Positions 28,522-42,494 of a stretch of DNA of 64,000 nt are shown here, piece by piece. Positions within the stretch are counted from its first letter, which is position 1; each line of letters begins with the position of its first letter. The notes below the pieces were generated by a model that worked only from the letters and a program-made list of their open reading frames with translations, had not been told where the DNA came from and made no database searches. Both the position numbers and the translations under genes were made by a program. Source of the DNA: Eledone cirrhosa (lineage: Eukaryota); NCBI GenBank assembly GCA_964016885.1, contig OZ024755.1:2666001-2730000 (forward strand), in the 5' to 3' direction.

Positions 28522-29411
28522 TACACATATATATATACATATACACATATATATATACATGTATATACATATATATATATATTATATCTATATATATATA
28601 CATATAGATATACATATATACATGTGTGTATACGTGCTTATATATTGATGTCTTTCATGCTTCTGCCAGTAATTTGTCAATTTCAAAAATCCTTCCTACA
28701 AAGAAAGTCTTTAGTTTTCGTCGTCCCACCCCCTCCAACCCACATCCACACTCATCCACTATCCTCGCCCCTCCCTTTATTTTCTTTCTTTCTTTACCAC
28801 CACACTAGGCCGTTAACAAAACAACAGATCCTCATCCAAATGGCAACTGGCTCAACTTCAAAATATGGAAACGTTTCAACATTTTTTTCTTCTTCTTCTT
28901 CTTCTTCTTCTTCTTCCTCTTGTTGTTTTGCAGAGAATGCAATATATTTAGTGAAACCATAAATGGAATATAAACAACTTCAAATATCAAAATGGAGTAA
29001 CTTTAGCTAGAAAACAAATTTATATCTCATCTATATTGATGACCTAACTTGTTGCGTTTACTGTATTCGATCATCTTTGGCAAAATATCTGTCTCAAATT
29101 TTATCGATATTTATTTACTTCTAAAGACATTCTCAAGTCACATAAGACTTTAAAGTGTTTTTTTTTCTTTCCTGTTTTTTTTTATCGTTGTCTTTTCTCT
29201 CTATCTCTCTCTCTCTAAATATATACACATATATCTAACTGTTATTTTATCTTGTCAACCTTGCAAGGGTGATATATAAAAAAACAGCAGAAACCATTGA
29301 GCAGAGGGTAGATACGTCTTTATACATTTGTTACAAACTCTCGCTATTCCAAGTTCAAATCTTTTTTCATATAAAGTTTCGTATATTGTTTCTGAAATAA
29401 CAATTTAATAG

Positions 29412-29448
<37 letters not shown>

Positions 29449-30014
29449 ATCACCTGTCTTCCCCTCGAAGGAATTTTAATGCCACTCGCTTGACCTACCT
29501 GAGTTACATACCCTATACCTCTCAAACTATTCCTTATTGTCTTCACAAGAAAAATATTGAAAAACCTAATTCCAAAAACAATATGACAGACAAGAGAGAA
29601 AAGGAAGTCGTGCTGAGAGTGACGGCTAAGAGACTAAGAGATAAAAATCAATATTAATTTCTTACATGGGTACAAGGGTCGCTAATTGCTAGAAAGAAAT
29701 ATAATTGGTTGAATTGACTAGAGTGTATTTCTAAAATATAGTTTATCGATCACGCGAGATTTGAACCTCATAACGTCTCATTTAACCCATGCTCGTAAAA
29801 ACATACGTCTTTTTGTCTAGTGGAAATAAAATCGATTACTAACTTTGAAATATATAGTTTCGTCCGTCTGCATTCTAAATTTAAATCCCTTTGGGTGCGA
29901 CATTGCTTTCCATCTATTAGAAGGTGCCCAGAGCTGTTTAATGATGTCAACCATGGTATTTATCGAGGGACTAGTTATTATTTAAAACATACAGAATTAG
30001 AGAAAACACTTCTT

Positions 30015-30175
30015 TATCATAAGTAGTAGGTATAGCTGCACAAGGTTAAAGCATCATCATAAGTAGTAGGTATAGCTGCACAAGGTTAAAGCATCATCAT
30101 AAGTAGTAGGTATAGCTGCACAAGGTTAAAGCATCATCATAAGTAGTAGGTATAGCTGCACAAGGTTAAAGCATC
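30015..30175. repeat. 40-bp tandem repeat, 4 copies
   Basis: aagtagtaggtatagctgcacaaggttaaagcatcatcat starting at 30021, 30061, 30101, 30141 (last copy truncated). Confidence 0.95.
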
Positions 30176-30231
30176 CGATAAAATCTGGTACGTAATTGTT
30201 TCAGTTCAATGCATCTTATTTTAAATACCCT

Positions 30232-30454
30232 AAATAATTGTTTCTACATTTGGCACAAGGCCAGCAATCTTTGTTGGGATGTAAGGGTCAGACGCCATGC
30301 TTTCCAGCATAGAGTTACATCAGCTTTACGCTTTGAGTTCAAATCCCTCCGAGGTTAACTTTGCCTTTCATCCTTACGAGGTCTATAGAATAAAGTACCA
30401 GTAATGCACTGGGATAATTGCTGGCCTTGTACCAAAAGTAGAGACAATTATTAT
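30232..30454 (+). mobile_element. Main SINE with its own 3' end inverted at the 5' side
   Basis: aataattgtttctacatttggcacaaggccagcaat at left is close to the reverse complement of the right end. Confidence 0.85.
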
Positions 30455-30569
30455 TGAATATTGGTTTACAGCTGCTCTACAAGAGTTTCTTATTGTTTTT
30501 CTCCTCGTGTTTCTCTTTTGCACTCATATATTATTTTGTTGAAGAGAAGATATGAATTGTTATATATGT

Positions 30570-30666
30570 AAGTCTGGGTATTAGAATTCAGATTTGTTAT
30601 GAATGTTTATCTTCGCGACAGTAATTACTGTATATATATATAAATTAAAAGTATAGAAATTATTAT

Positions 30667-30699
<33 letters not shown>

Positions 30700-30809
30700 C
30701 AGTAATTACTGTCGCGAAGATAAACATTCATAACAAATCTGAATTCTAATACCCAGACTTGTAAATGTACTGACTTTAGTAAATATATAGCATGTTTGGT
30801 GCTATTAAC

Positions 30810-30860
<51 letters not shown>

Positions 30861-30869
30861 GAATATATA

Positions 30870-30947
<78 letters not shown>

Positions 30948-31021
30948 TATATGAATATATGTGTGTGTGGTTAATAGCACCAAACATGCTATATATTTAC
31001 TAAAGTCAGTACAACATTTAC
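30570..31021. repeat. Two adjacent palindromes, each centred on a (TA)n tract
   Basis: Arms 30570-30630/30700-30760 (61 bp, perfect) and 30761-30818/30961-31021 (one 3-bp indel). Confidence 0.92.
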
Positions 31022-31066
31022 GATAACAGTAATATTTCCGACAATACTAACATGGAAATTGTAAAT

Positions 31067-31772
31067 ATTAACAATAAATAACATAGATGAGGTGCCACGT
31101 GTTACTGTAACAATAAATAACATAGATGAGGTGCCACGTGTTACTGTAACAATAAATAACATAGATGAGGTGCCACGTGTTACTGTAACAATAAATAACA
31201 TAGATGAGGTGCCACGTGTTACTGTAACAATAAATAACATAGATGAGGTGCCACGTGTTACTGTAACAATACGTAACATAGATGAGGTGCCACGTGTTAC
31301 TATAACAATACGTAACATAGATGAGGTGCCACGTGTTACTGTAACAATACGTAACATAGATGAGGTGCCACGTGTTACTGTAACAATACGTAACATAGAT
31401 GAGGTGCCACGTGTTACTGTAACAATACGTTACATAGATGAGGTGCCACGTGTTACTGTAACAATACGTAACATAGATGAGGTGCCACGTGTTACTGTAA
31501 CAATACGTAACATAGATGAGGTGCCACGTGTTACTGTAACAATACGTAACATAGATGAGGTGCCACGTGTTACTGTAACAATACGTAACATAGATGAGGT
31601 GCCACGTGTTACTGTAACAATACGTAACATAGATGAGGTGCCACGTGTTACTGTAACAATACGTAACATAGATGAGGTGCCACGTGTTACTGTAACAATA
31701 CGTAACATAGATGAGGTGCCACGTGTTACTGTAACAATACGTAACATAGATGAGGTGCCACGTGTTACTGTA
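31067..31772. repeat. 39-bp minisatellite, 18 copies
   Basis: acatagatgaggtgccacgtgttactgtaacaatacgta; first 5 units have aaat in place of acgt. Confidence 0.97.
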
Positions 31773-32481
31773 ATAGTATCAATAGTATCAATGACAGAGA
31801 AAATAGCAAAACTAATCGAAAAGACCAAAGTGAATAAGGAGACAAAACTATACGTTTGTGGACAATAGCTAAAAACGTATATTTGGAAGTTATACATGTA
31901 TGGACTCGTAACCCCTGATGGTGTCGTAGGGGCGCCGTATTGACAAGGTCTTTCTGGGACATCTTGCTTTTAAAGCTGATGGAGCCCATTCCGTCTCCAG
32001 GTGTGAGTACAGTAACTATCTTCCAGGGGAGGATTGAGTGTAAGAGAATAGAACCTCATTGGAATATATGCAATCTTATAATGAAACAGAAAATATATAC
32101 TGAAATAAGAGCCGTCTCTTTTTGAGGTATTATAATACTTTCGGTGTAAGTTAATGTTAATGGTTTTTTAAATTAATTATAAATAGTTGAGAATGTAGAG
32201 TTATCCCTGGTAAGTAATTAGTAACATAGGTGAAGTTACTTTAATCTTATTTGCTGTCCGAAACTATTCATAAGATTAGTTTGATGGTCTAATCTTCGAT
32301 AAATATAACACTTTGGACAGCTGTGACCATCCAAACTACTCTTATCACGGATTTTATGTATTAATATAAGCTGCAATATTCAGGTTTCGCAGTACAACTT
32401 GACAATTCCACATACATTATCAACAAAGAGCAGCTATTATCATTCAACCTTTTTATCAAGGGAGATAATAAATCAATAATG

Positions 32482-32677
32482 AAATAATTGTTTCTACTTT
32501 TGGCACAAGGCCAGCAATTATTTCAGTGCATTACTGTTACTTTATTTTATCGATCCCGTAAGGATGAAAGGCAAAGTTAACCTCGGCGGGATTTGAACTC
32601 AGACCGTAAAGGGCCGTAACTCTTTGCTGCAAAGCATGGCGTCAGGCCCTCTACTGCCAAAAGTAGAAACAATTATT
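32482..32677 (-). mobile_element. Main SINE with inverted 3' tail at its truncated 5' end
   Basis: aataattgtttctacttttggca ... tgccaaaagtagaaacaattatt form terminal inverted repeats. Confidence 0.88.
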
Positions 32678-33720
32678 ACAATTGAATGCTTAGTATATAT
32701 AGAGGACTTTAGTTGAGGATGACGAATGTTATTTATTTTATTAAAAGCAGCTAATTAAATCCGTAGAGGTTCTTATAGAAGTAAGATATATGTGATGTAT
32801 GTAACTAGAAGTAAGATATATTATATAAGGAGTTTCCTATTATACAAGGAGCTTCCTATTATATAAGGGGTTTCTGAAAGTACTCGTAGTTCTTTTAAAG
32901 TCGTAAATCAAAAATATTTTCATGAATATTTCGCTGTGTATATTAATTCAAATTTGATAACAACGGCAAATTCCTCACTGTGGCCGTTTATCATTGACCG
33001 ATATATATTTGTGTTTCAGTATATAACATTTGGACGGTTTTGTCTATTTATTTATAAACAGAGACGACAATGTTTTGTAGCTGCTTACGGCAAAAGGCAA
33101 GAAAACTCTGTGAAGAAGAATTGCTTTGGTACATATCTATATACTGATTAAAATTTCAGTTCTGGATAAAGTGCTCGGAAATAGATACGCTACAACAGTA
33201 TGACTTTCACTTAGATCTACTTCACGAGATGGAGTTTGAAGTGATGTCCTAACGAAACAATGGCTTTAAGACATCAAGAATTCCTGATATCAAAATAAGA
33301 AAGTCAAAGACTTTTCAAAAGAAGAAGAAGAAGAAGAAGAAGAAGAAGAAGAAGAAGAAGAAGAAGAAGAAGAAGAAGAAGAAGAAATGTTGTTGTAGTA
33401 GTAGTAGTGGTAGTGTCAATGTAAAAGAGTTTTCCAAAGTTAAAATGTCAGCCATTCTAACATCGTTACACATGCAAAATTTCAATGATAGGAAAGATGT
33501 CACATTTTGAAAATCTTCTCTCTCTCTCCTTTGATCAGTAAGGTCTGATGAAGTGCAGAAGGTCAACGATTAACGGCCGCAGTGAGGAATTTGCCGTGTG
33601 ATCAAACATTAATATCATTCTGGTGTTGTTCAGAAATAAAAGCAGTTTCTCACATTCTCACATTCTCCATTCCTTATCCTTTTCCTTTTCTTATAACAAT
33701 CTCAATTGCTTTCCACCTTA

Positions 33721-33791
<71 letters not shown>

Positions 33792-33913
33792 ATCTTTAGT
33801 GTGTCTGCCATTGTGTATGTGTGCGCGCGCACATGTATTTCTGTGTGTATGTTGAAGAATTGTGATATACAATTTTCAGCACCTCAGATATCATTTACCA
33901 TTATATACACTTG

Positions 33914-33946
<33 letters not shown>

Positions 33947-33977
33947 GTGCGTGTGATTATGCATATATATATATATC

Positions 33978-34018
<41 letters not shown>

Positions 34019-34689
34019 ACATACATACATTCATACATACATACAAACATGCAAACATACATTCATGTGTGCGCATCTATGTATATATAGACATATATAT
34101 ATATATATGCGTGTGCGTGAGACAGAGAGAGAGGGAGAGAGGGGTGGAGAAAGAGAGAGAGAGAACTTATCACCGATATATGACATGCCAGGATCTCTAT
34201 GTACAAACAGAAAGTGATGCGGGCGTATACGGGAGATATATATTTACATATGATTATGTATATACGTTTATACACCATAAATATGTGCATATACACACAC
34301 ATATGCACATGTGCATATACACACACACATATATATATATACACATGCATTTTATGCCTGAACGGATGCATGTCAACAATCCCCATAGATTCCGTACGTT
34401 ACCTTAAAGTAGGTTTAGTTCATTTTAACCCGCCATTCTCAGGCTATACAAATATATACGCTGGCATACGCACAGGTATGTAGATTTATAAACCTATATG
34501 CTGCCCATATTAACATACATACATCCATATATATACATACTTACGTACATGCAACATATACATACACTCATGTATATTCATGTATATATATACATATGCA
34601 TTCATACATGCTTACATACACATACATACATAGATACATACTGACATACATACATATACACATACATAATACAAATATATATATATATA

Positions 34690-34748
<59 letters not shown>

Positions 34749-34750
<2 letters not shown>

Positions 34751-34960
34751 AGGGTTGACGGACCCAGCATATTTATCAATGCCAGTACCGGTTATATCTC
34801 AGCGCACTCAATAGGCAATGTAAGATACATTACCAGAGTATACACATAGTTATTTCCCTCAACACAACACACGTAAAACAGGTGCCTACGTATAAGGTTC
34901 CCGGACTCCAGTTTCTGCAGCACTAATGCAGCAGTAAGGTGCACTGCACCATCAGTCTAC
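34749..34960 (-). mobile_element. pLTR-like element with degenerate hammerhead (family H) ending at (TA)n
   Basis: Minus strand CTGATGG-TGCAGTGC...GTGCTGCA-GAAAC-TGGA-GTC; motif tattgagtgc about 56 nt before the TA junction. Confidence 0.55.
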
Positions 34961-34997
34961 ATATATTATGCAACAATGCATATATCAGATAGATAGA

Positions 34998-35073
<76 letters not shown>

Positions 35074-35189
35074 CTATATATATATATATATATTAAAGTG
35101 TTAAACGACATTCAATGATTATGTCAAAGAATGAGTTTACAGTAGATTGGAAGCACTCTACCGGAAAATAATTTTCCGGAGTTATTAAT

Positions 35190-35558
<369 letters not shown>

Positions 35559-35865
35559 GCGTATATTACATACATACTCTGTGGAATTGATTCTCTTCAA
35601 CGATGTTAGAATAGTCAAATTTGGACTTTACCACCAAGTGGTAGCTTACGGGTACACGGGTACACGTGGTATTAAATATACATGGATATATAAAATATAT
35701 AAGAAATACAGAAACATTAACAGATTTAACTTACCACCAGAGGTATATCCGTTACGAAGGAGAATTAGTATAAGTCTATCGAAGTTGACAAACTGAGTTT
35801 GTGCTAGGCTGTTGAACTTTCCCACAAGCTCAATGAATTCACGTGACTTGCACTTCCGGAGAGCT

Positions 35866-36436
35866 AGTCCCTGATTCAGAGCGTACATATTTAGTTATTA
35901 GGGGTAAGTTCAGGATTATTTGCGGGTACCATACAGAGAGAGGGGGAAGCCGAGAGAAAGGGAGGCGATTATAGTGGGAGTTCAGCTCTTCCACGTTCGG
36001 ACCATATCTTTGTGGCTGTGTACATTAGGCAGTTAATGTGTCTGTTTAGTGAGTCTGTTAACGCTCGACCAAGCTACCAAGCTACCAAGCTACTCGGCTG
36101 GCGCGTGAGTTTCGTTGCTATGTGCCAGCGCCAGTGTCTGCTGTGAGCCAGCGCGTGCGCCTGGCTCTGGCTGTCGGCGCGTGCGCCTGGCTCTGGCTGT
36201 CGGCGCGTGAGTCTGGTTGCTATGCGCTAGCCCGTGAATCTGGTTCAAGCCAGCGCGTGAGCCTGGTTCTGTTTCTGTCTTTGCCAGGCAAACAACTTTT
36301 AACATAAAGTACAAGTGAACATGTTATAATTTACTTCGTGCACGTTATAATTTACTTCATATGTATATACTGTATATATATATATATATATACATTAATA
36401 GCTATTTATATATATATTATATATATATATATTATA

Positions 36437-36477
<41 letters not shown>

Positions 36478-36480
36478 TAG

Positions 36481-36530
<50 letters not shown>

Positions 36531-36615
36531 ATTTACATAAAACAAAAATCAGTCAGTCCCTGATTCAGAGCATTCATATTTAGTTATTAGGGGTGAGTTC
36601 AGGATTATTTGCGGG
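35866..36615. repeat. 61-bp direct repeats enclosing GC-rich 26-bp repeats; unknown element
   Basis: agtccctgattcagagc...aggattatttgcggg at 35866-35926 and 36555-36615; gcgcgtgcgcctggctctggctgtcg repeats at 36090-36270. Confidence 0.7.
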
Positions 36616-36641
36616 GGTAAACAATTTAGTTCGGAACAAAC

Positions 36642-36704
<63 letters not shown>

Positions 36705-36790
36705 GTTGTGTCTGTCACCATGTGTGTGTGTGTGTCACAGCGTATGTGTGTGTCTGTCAGAGAGTGTGTGTGTCTGCCACAGCGTGTGCG

Positions 36791-36831
<41 letters not shown>

Positions 36832-37277
36832 CTGTGTGTGTGTACCTGTGTGTGTGTCTGCCACAGCGTGTGCGTGTGCGTGTGTGTGTGTGTGTATGCC
36901 TGTGTGTGTGTGTGTGTGTACCTGTGTGTGTGTATTCATTATATCATTATACTGATTGCTTAAACGCCAACGTGATATTATGTCGATGACTAACGTCGCC
37001 ATTACCCTTCAATATCAAACCTAACTTGAGAAACCGTGTAAATTAATGTCAATTTTTTATTGCATAATATGTCTCATAAAAGACAACCACAAACACTAAT
37101 ACACACACACACACACACACACACAAGCACACATACACACACACAAGCACACATACACACACACACACATATACATATATATATACACCAAAAAAACCTA
37201 TGTGGACGTAATCATACACATTTATGCATGCACAAAAATCTACCTAATGACTAATCATCAAAATCTATCTTTCATTC

Positions 37278-37850
37278 GCTCATCCCCATCACCATCCCCA
37301 TCACCATCCCCATCACCATCCCCATCACCATCCCCATCCCCATCCCCATCACCATCCCCATCACCATCCCCATCACCATCCCCATCACCATCCCCATCAC
37401 CATCACCATCACCATCCCCATCACCATCTCCATCCCCATCCCCATCACCATCCCCATCCCCATCACCATCATCATCATCATTGCCATCATTAGCACCATC
37501 ATCATATCGCCATCACCATCACCATCCCCATCACCATCCCCATCCCCATCCCCATCACCATCACCATCCCCATCCCCATCATCATCACCATCACCATCAT
37601 CACCATCATCATCATCATCATTGCCATCATTAGCACCATCATCATATCACCATGACCATCACCATCATTATCACCATCATCATCATCACCATCATCATTA
37701 TCATCATTATCACCATCATTATCATCATTGCCATCATTAGCACCACCATCACCATCACCATCACTATCATTATCACTATCATCATCATCGCCATCATCCT
37801 CATCATTACCATGACCATCATCATCATCGTTACTAGTAGCAACAGTGTGT
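37278..37850. repeat. (CCATCC/CCATCA)n and (CAT)n array with internal duplication
   Basis: direct inspection; ttgccatcattagcacca occurs three times. Confidence 0.9.
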
Positions 37851-37974
37851 CTGTCATCGTCATTGGTTTTCAACAGTAAATTGATTCTCTAAATCACCCC
37901 CTGATGATTATATTGATGGCGAAAGTCATCAGCATTTTTGTCACATCCATATTCACGAGGAACACTCTTATTAT

Positions 37975-38165
37975 TATGCTTTGCCGCATAGAGTTACGGC
38001 CATTTACGTTCTGAGTTCAAATCCCGTCGAGGTTAGCTTTGCCTTTCTTCCGACGGGATCGATAAAATATATTCCTAGTGACAGTAACGCACTGGGTTCG
38101 AATTAATCGACTTTCCCCTTCGCTTAAAATTGCTGGCCTTGTGTCAAAAGTAGAAACAATCATCA
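37975..38165 (+). mobile_element. Main SINE, long variant
   Basis: gagttcaaatcc B-box, core, retains the ttaatcgactttcccct segment absent from young copies. Confidence 0.85.
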
Positions 38166-39444
38166 TGCTTTACAGCATAGAGTTATGGGCCTTTAGTGGA
38201 TTGGCAGTATTGGTAGAGCGTCAGATAAAATGCTTTTGTTCAAAAATAAATATATATAATATTTTTTCCACAAAATTTGATAAATTCGTCTTTCTGTATA
38301 TATATATCTCTCCCATGTCGTCTCTTTCGCCTAAAGGCCCATTTTTCTTGAAGGTTGTAATAGATATAGTGTTATTGCAGTCGGCGATCCCTAAAGTAAT
38401 TTAAGTTTGCGAAGGTTTTTTTTAAGTTTCGATGCCCTCTATATAGACACTGTCTAATCAAGTCTCATCTTTTTCTTAGGAGATTTTTTTAACATTTCAA
38501 ATATCTGCAAGCAAAGAGGCCTCTCCTATTATTTCTTATGTAGTCAACATGTCCTTCCATTACTGTTCAATAGACTACATATTGAATACTAATAACCGAA
38601 GCAAGATTGATGTTTGTAAAAATATTTTTATACAATTAAAATGGTTATCGATAAACTATCTTTGCTATCTTAAAATATGCAATTTTTTTAGGGTATTACT
38701 GTAAGAAAATATCTTTTGGAGAAGATTTGTAGAAACGTGTGCACCCAAAGCAAGCAACAACAGCAACAACAATAATAACAATAACAACAGCAAATACAAC
38801 TACAACAATAATAACAACAACAACAGCAGTAGCTACAATAATAACAGGTGACGATAAATATTTTATTAAATTGTGGAAGTTGTGGTTGTAGACGTGGTTG
38901 TGGAAGAATCTTCCTTATTGATTCATTTTTGCGTTTTGTACACACTCTCCACTAACTTCACCATCCCCACCGACGCAGCAACAACACCACCAACCGCACC
39001 AGCACCACCATCGGCATCCCCACCAACACAGCTACAACACCACCAACCACACCAGCACCACCAAACAACCAGCTGCACCAACACCACAATCGGCATCCCC
39101 ACCAGCACAGCTACAGCCCCATCAACACCCCCGCACAACTACAGCCACACCATCACCCAAGATTCGATAGGATATTGTCAGGATTCCTGCAACTCATGAC
39201 ATCTATATTTCACTGTGTTGCCTTCTGTTTTTTAAGGCTTCCACAATATTATTAGCCCCCCCCCCCCTCCAATGGCAACATTATTAGGGCTCCCATCACC
39301 CCCCAATGGCAACATAATTAGGGCTCCCTCCACCACCCCTCCAATCGCAAGCAGAAACCAGAATACATTGCCTCCTCTTATCCGAAACTCATTCATCAAT
39401 TGAAGATAAATCAAACAAAAATTGTATAAACAAACAAACACAAA

Positions 39445-39499
<55 letters not shown>

Positions 39500-41159
39500 C
39501 GACATACACACAAATAAATACACTCATACTAACAAACATATACACACATGTATACACATACACATACAAACAAATACACACATACAAAGAAACACATACA
39601 CACAAATAAACACATACACATATATACAAACACATACACACACGAACACACATATATATATATATATACACACATACACAGAAATATAACACCAGATAAT
39701 GGTTTTTGTTTTTGTTTTTGTTTACATATATATTTTTAAATTGTTTTATTTGTTTAATTATATTTTTACTTCGTTGTTTTATTGGCTTTTTAGATTAATT
39801 GTAATGTTACTTATTCTAGATAAATATTAAGAGATGGCTGTTCTGCCAGAGAACAGGTCGCAAGTGACGTGTAGCGATAGAGCCACCAGATATGATGGTT
39901 AGTTGCGATATATGCTAGCAACTGCCGGACGAATAAGCAGCCCTGGACCACCACAGCGGTAAACTACTGAAGCAAGGGTGACACCTGTAGCTCGCAAGAA
40001 ATCTCTCACAGTCCAGTGTCGTAGCTATGACAAGGGAAGTAAAGGCCGTCTTTAAAAAAACCGAGTCTTCGCGGGTTTGACAAAATACCAGATTGGTAAC
40101 TGGGGCGAGTATGACCACAGAACCCACAACTGCAATATAGTGAGAAAACACACAAAATAACCATACTGCATCATCCTTTACCCGAGTTAACAAGGGACGC
40201 GTTCAAGCGTTAGGTAGAGGGGCCTGTTTGAAAAATATATTGCTGTCTCCATTTCATGCCGCAAAAACTGGCGATGGTCCTCAACCTGTCCTGGGAGGCG
40301 TGGGGTGGACACACAAAGAGTGTGTATCCCGAGACCCCAAAGAGGGTCAAGCAAGAAGCAAACCTTGGCAAATGAAGTTAAAGATGATGATATTATGGAC
40401 AGTATATATATATAATGGATAAAATAGTGATCTAGTATAGTTGACATGCTCCTGTTTTAACCTCGTAATATTGCCCTTATAACAAATAAAACATTTTGTT
40501 TTATTTTATCCTTACTGTTATGTATGTTGAGGAGATTCATACAATGTTTTGTATTACTCCATCATGTGCGACCTTACCATCCTTAGTTATGTACAATATT
40601 AAGAATCTGGTGAAGCGGAAAGATGTTTTCGTTTTTCGTTTTTCGTTTATTTTAATTTGATCTGTTGTAGGGTTTGTTTTATTGTAGGGTTAGTTTTGTT
40701 GTAGAGTTGTTGTTTTTTTTTGTTTTTTTCGTTTTTTGTTCTAGGGTTTATTTTGTTGTGGGGTTTGTTTTGTTGTAAAGTTTATTTTGTCAGGACTGTT
40801 TACACGGTTGTGCTGTTTTAATTTGTTCTTCTTTATTATCAAAGCTTTCATATCAAGTGTTAGATGTAGTGTTGATGATGTAGAGTGTATGCTGTGTAAG
40901 TCGTGTTATTGTCTTCCATTGGTTTCTATGTAGTGTGTAAGCTGCTAGGGTTGTGTTATTAAAGGCAGAATGACTTGCCTAAGCCGTGGATCGAATGAAG
41001 AATATATTGCATACAATATGTATTAAATAAAGTGTCTCGTGTAGGATGTGTATTGAATGTAGTCTACCTTATGTACAACGTTTATTAAGTAGTGTCTTGC
41101 TTAGAATATGGCTGCCCTTAATATTAGCATTCTCTATTAATATTATCACATCATTATTG

Positions 41160-41343
41160 GGAGAATCGGTAGAGGGTCGGACGCCATGCTTTTACGCATA
41201 GAGTTACGGCCCTTTACGGTCTGAGTTCAAATCCCGCCGAGATTAACTTTGCCTTTCATCCTTACAGGGTTCGATAAAATAAAGTACCAGTAATACACTG
41301 GGATAATTGCTGGCCTTGTGCCAAAAGTAGAAACAGTTATTAC
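41160..41343 (+). mobile_element. Main SINE, young variant
   Basis: tcggtagagggtcggacgccatgc...gtgccaaaagtagaaacagttatt. Confidence 0.9.
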
Positions 41344-42044
41344 TACCACACCCTTCCTCCTCCTCCTCATCATCATCATCATCACCATAATCATCATTAT
41401 CATAATCATCATATTCATTATCATTATCATCATCATCACCATCACCATCATCATCATCATCATTATCCACGCCATCATCATCATCATCACCACCATCATC
41501 ATCATTATCATCACCATCATCATCACGATCATCATCAACATCGCCATCTCCTCATCATCGTCATCATTAGCCTCGTCCTTATAAATATAACTCAGTTGTT
41601 GTTGTTGTTGTTATGCCATAAAGAAAAAAGGGGTATAAAAATGAGGTATATTCGTGGAAGGATTCCTGTGTAGCTTACATTATATCATTTCACTTGGAAA
41701 TGCCATCAGTTTAAGCAGTGCCTGGAGGATACCGCCAATTTTTAATAATACATAAGCTCAGTTAACCTAGAAGGGCACATTACAATTAGCTAAGCAACCA
41801 GCATCATTGACATTGTCATGGAACAGTCATCATTTAGTCAAGTCGACAACTAAAATGATTCATGAAACAGCGGGGAATCCTCTTTTAGTTGCTTTTTCGT
41901 CTTTTTCTGTGTTTGTCTTTTTGTTTTCGGTTTTAATTTGATAGAAGGTAGTAGAGCCCAATAGAAAATATTTCTCCTTCTCTCCCTCTCTGTCTTTCTG
42001 CATGTCACTCTCTCTCTCTCTCTCTTTTCCTTCCTCTCACACGT

Positions 42045-42105
<61 letters not shown>

Positions 42106-42128
42106 GTCTATCTCCCGATCACCTCTCT

Positions 42129-42169
<41 letters not shown>

Positions 42170-42181
42170 AATATATATGCA

Positions 42182-42223
<42 letters not shown>

Positions 42224-42271
42224 AATATATATGCATATATATATGTGTATATATATATACATACATGTGTC

Positions 42272-42318
<47 letters not shown>

Positions 42319-42421
42319 TATCAGACGCGAGTCTATATGTTAAAACATATCTGAGGAACTTCCGATTCCAGAGTCAGATTCGATCATTAATAGATCGTTC
42401 CTCGAGCTGATTGACAGTGAA

Positions 42422-42494
<73 letters not shown>

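Noticed and set aside
31092-31868. 258-aa repeat protein or CRISPR-like array
   Set aside because: Contiguous 39-bp units with no spacers; the ORF follows from a stop-free 13-codon unit; eukaryotic context
33546-33570. CTGATGA possible hammerhead
   Set aside because: No paired stem II followed by GAAA
37202-37633. (SP)n/His-rich ORF
   Set aside because: Hexanucleotide and trinucleotide repeat
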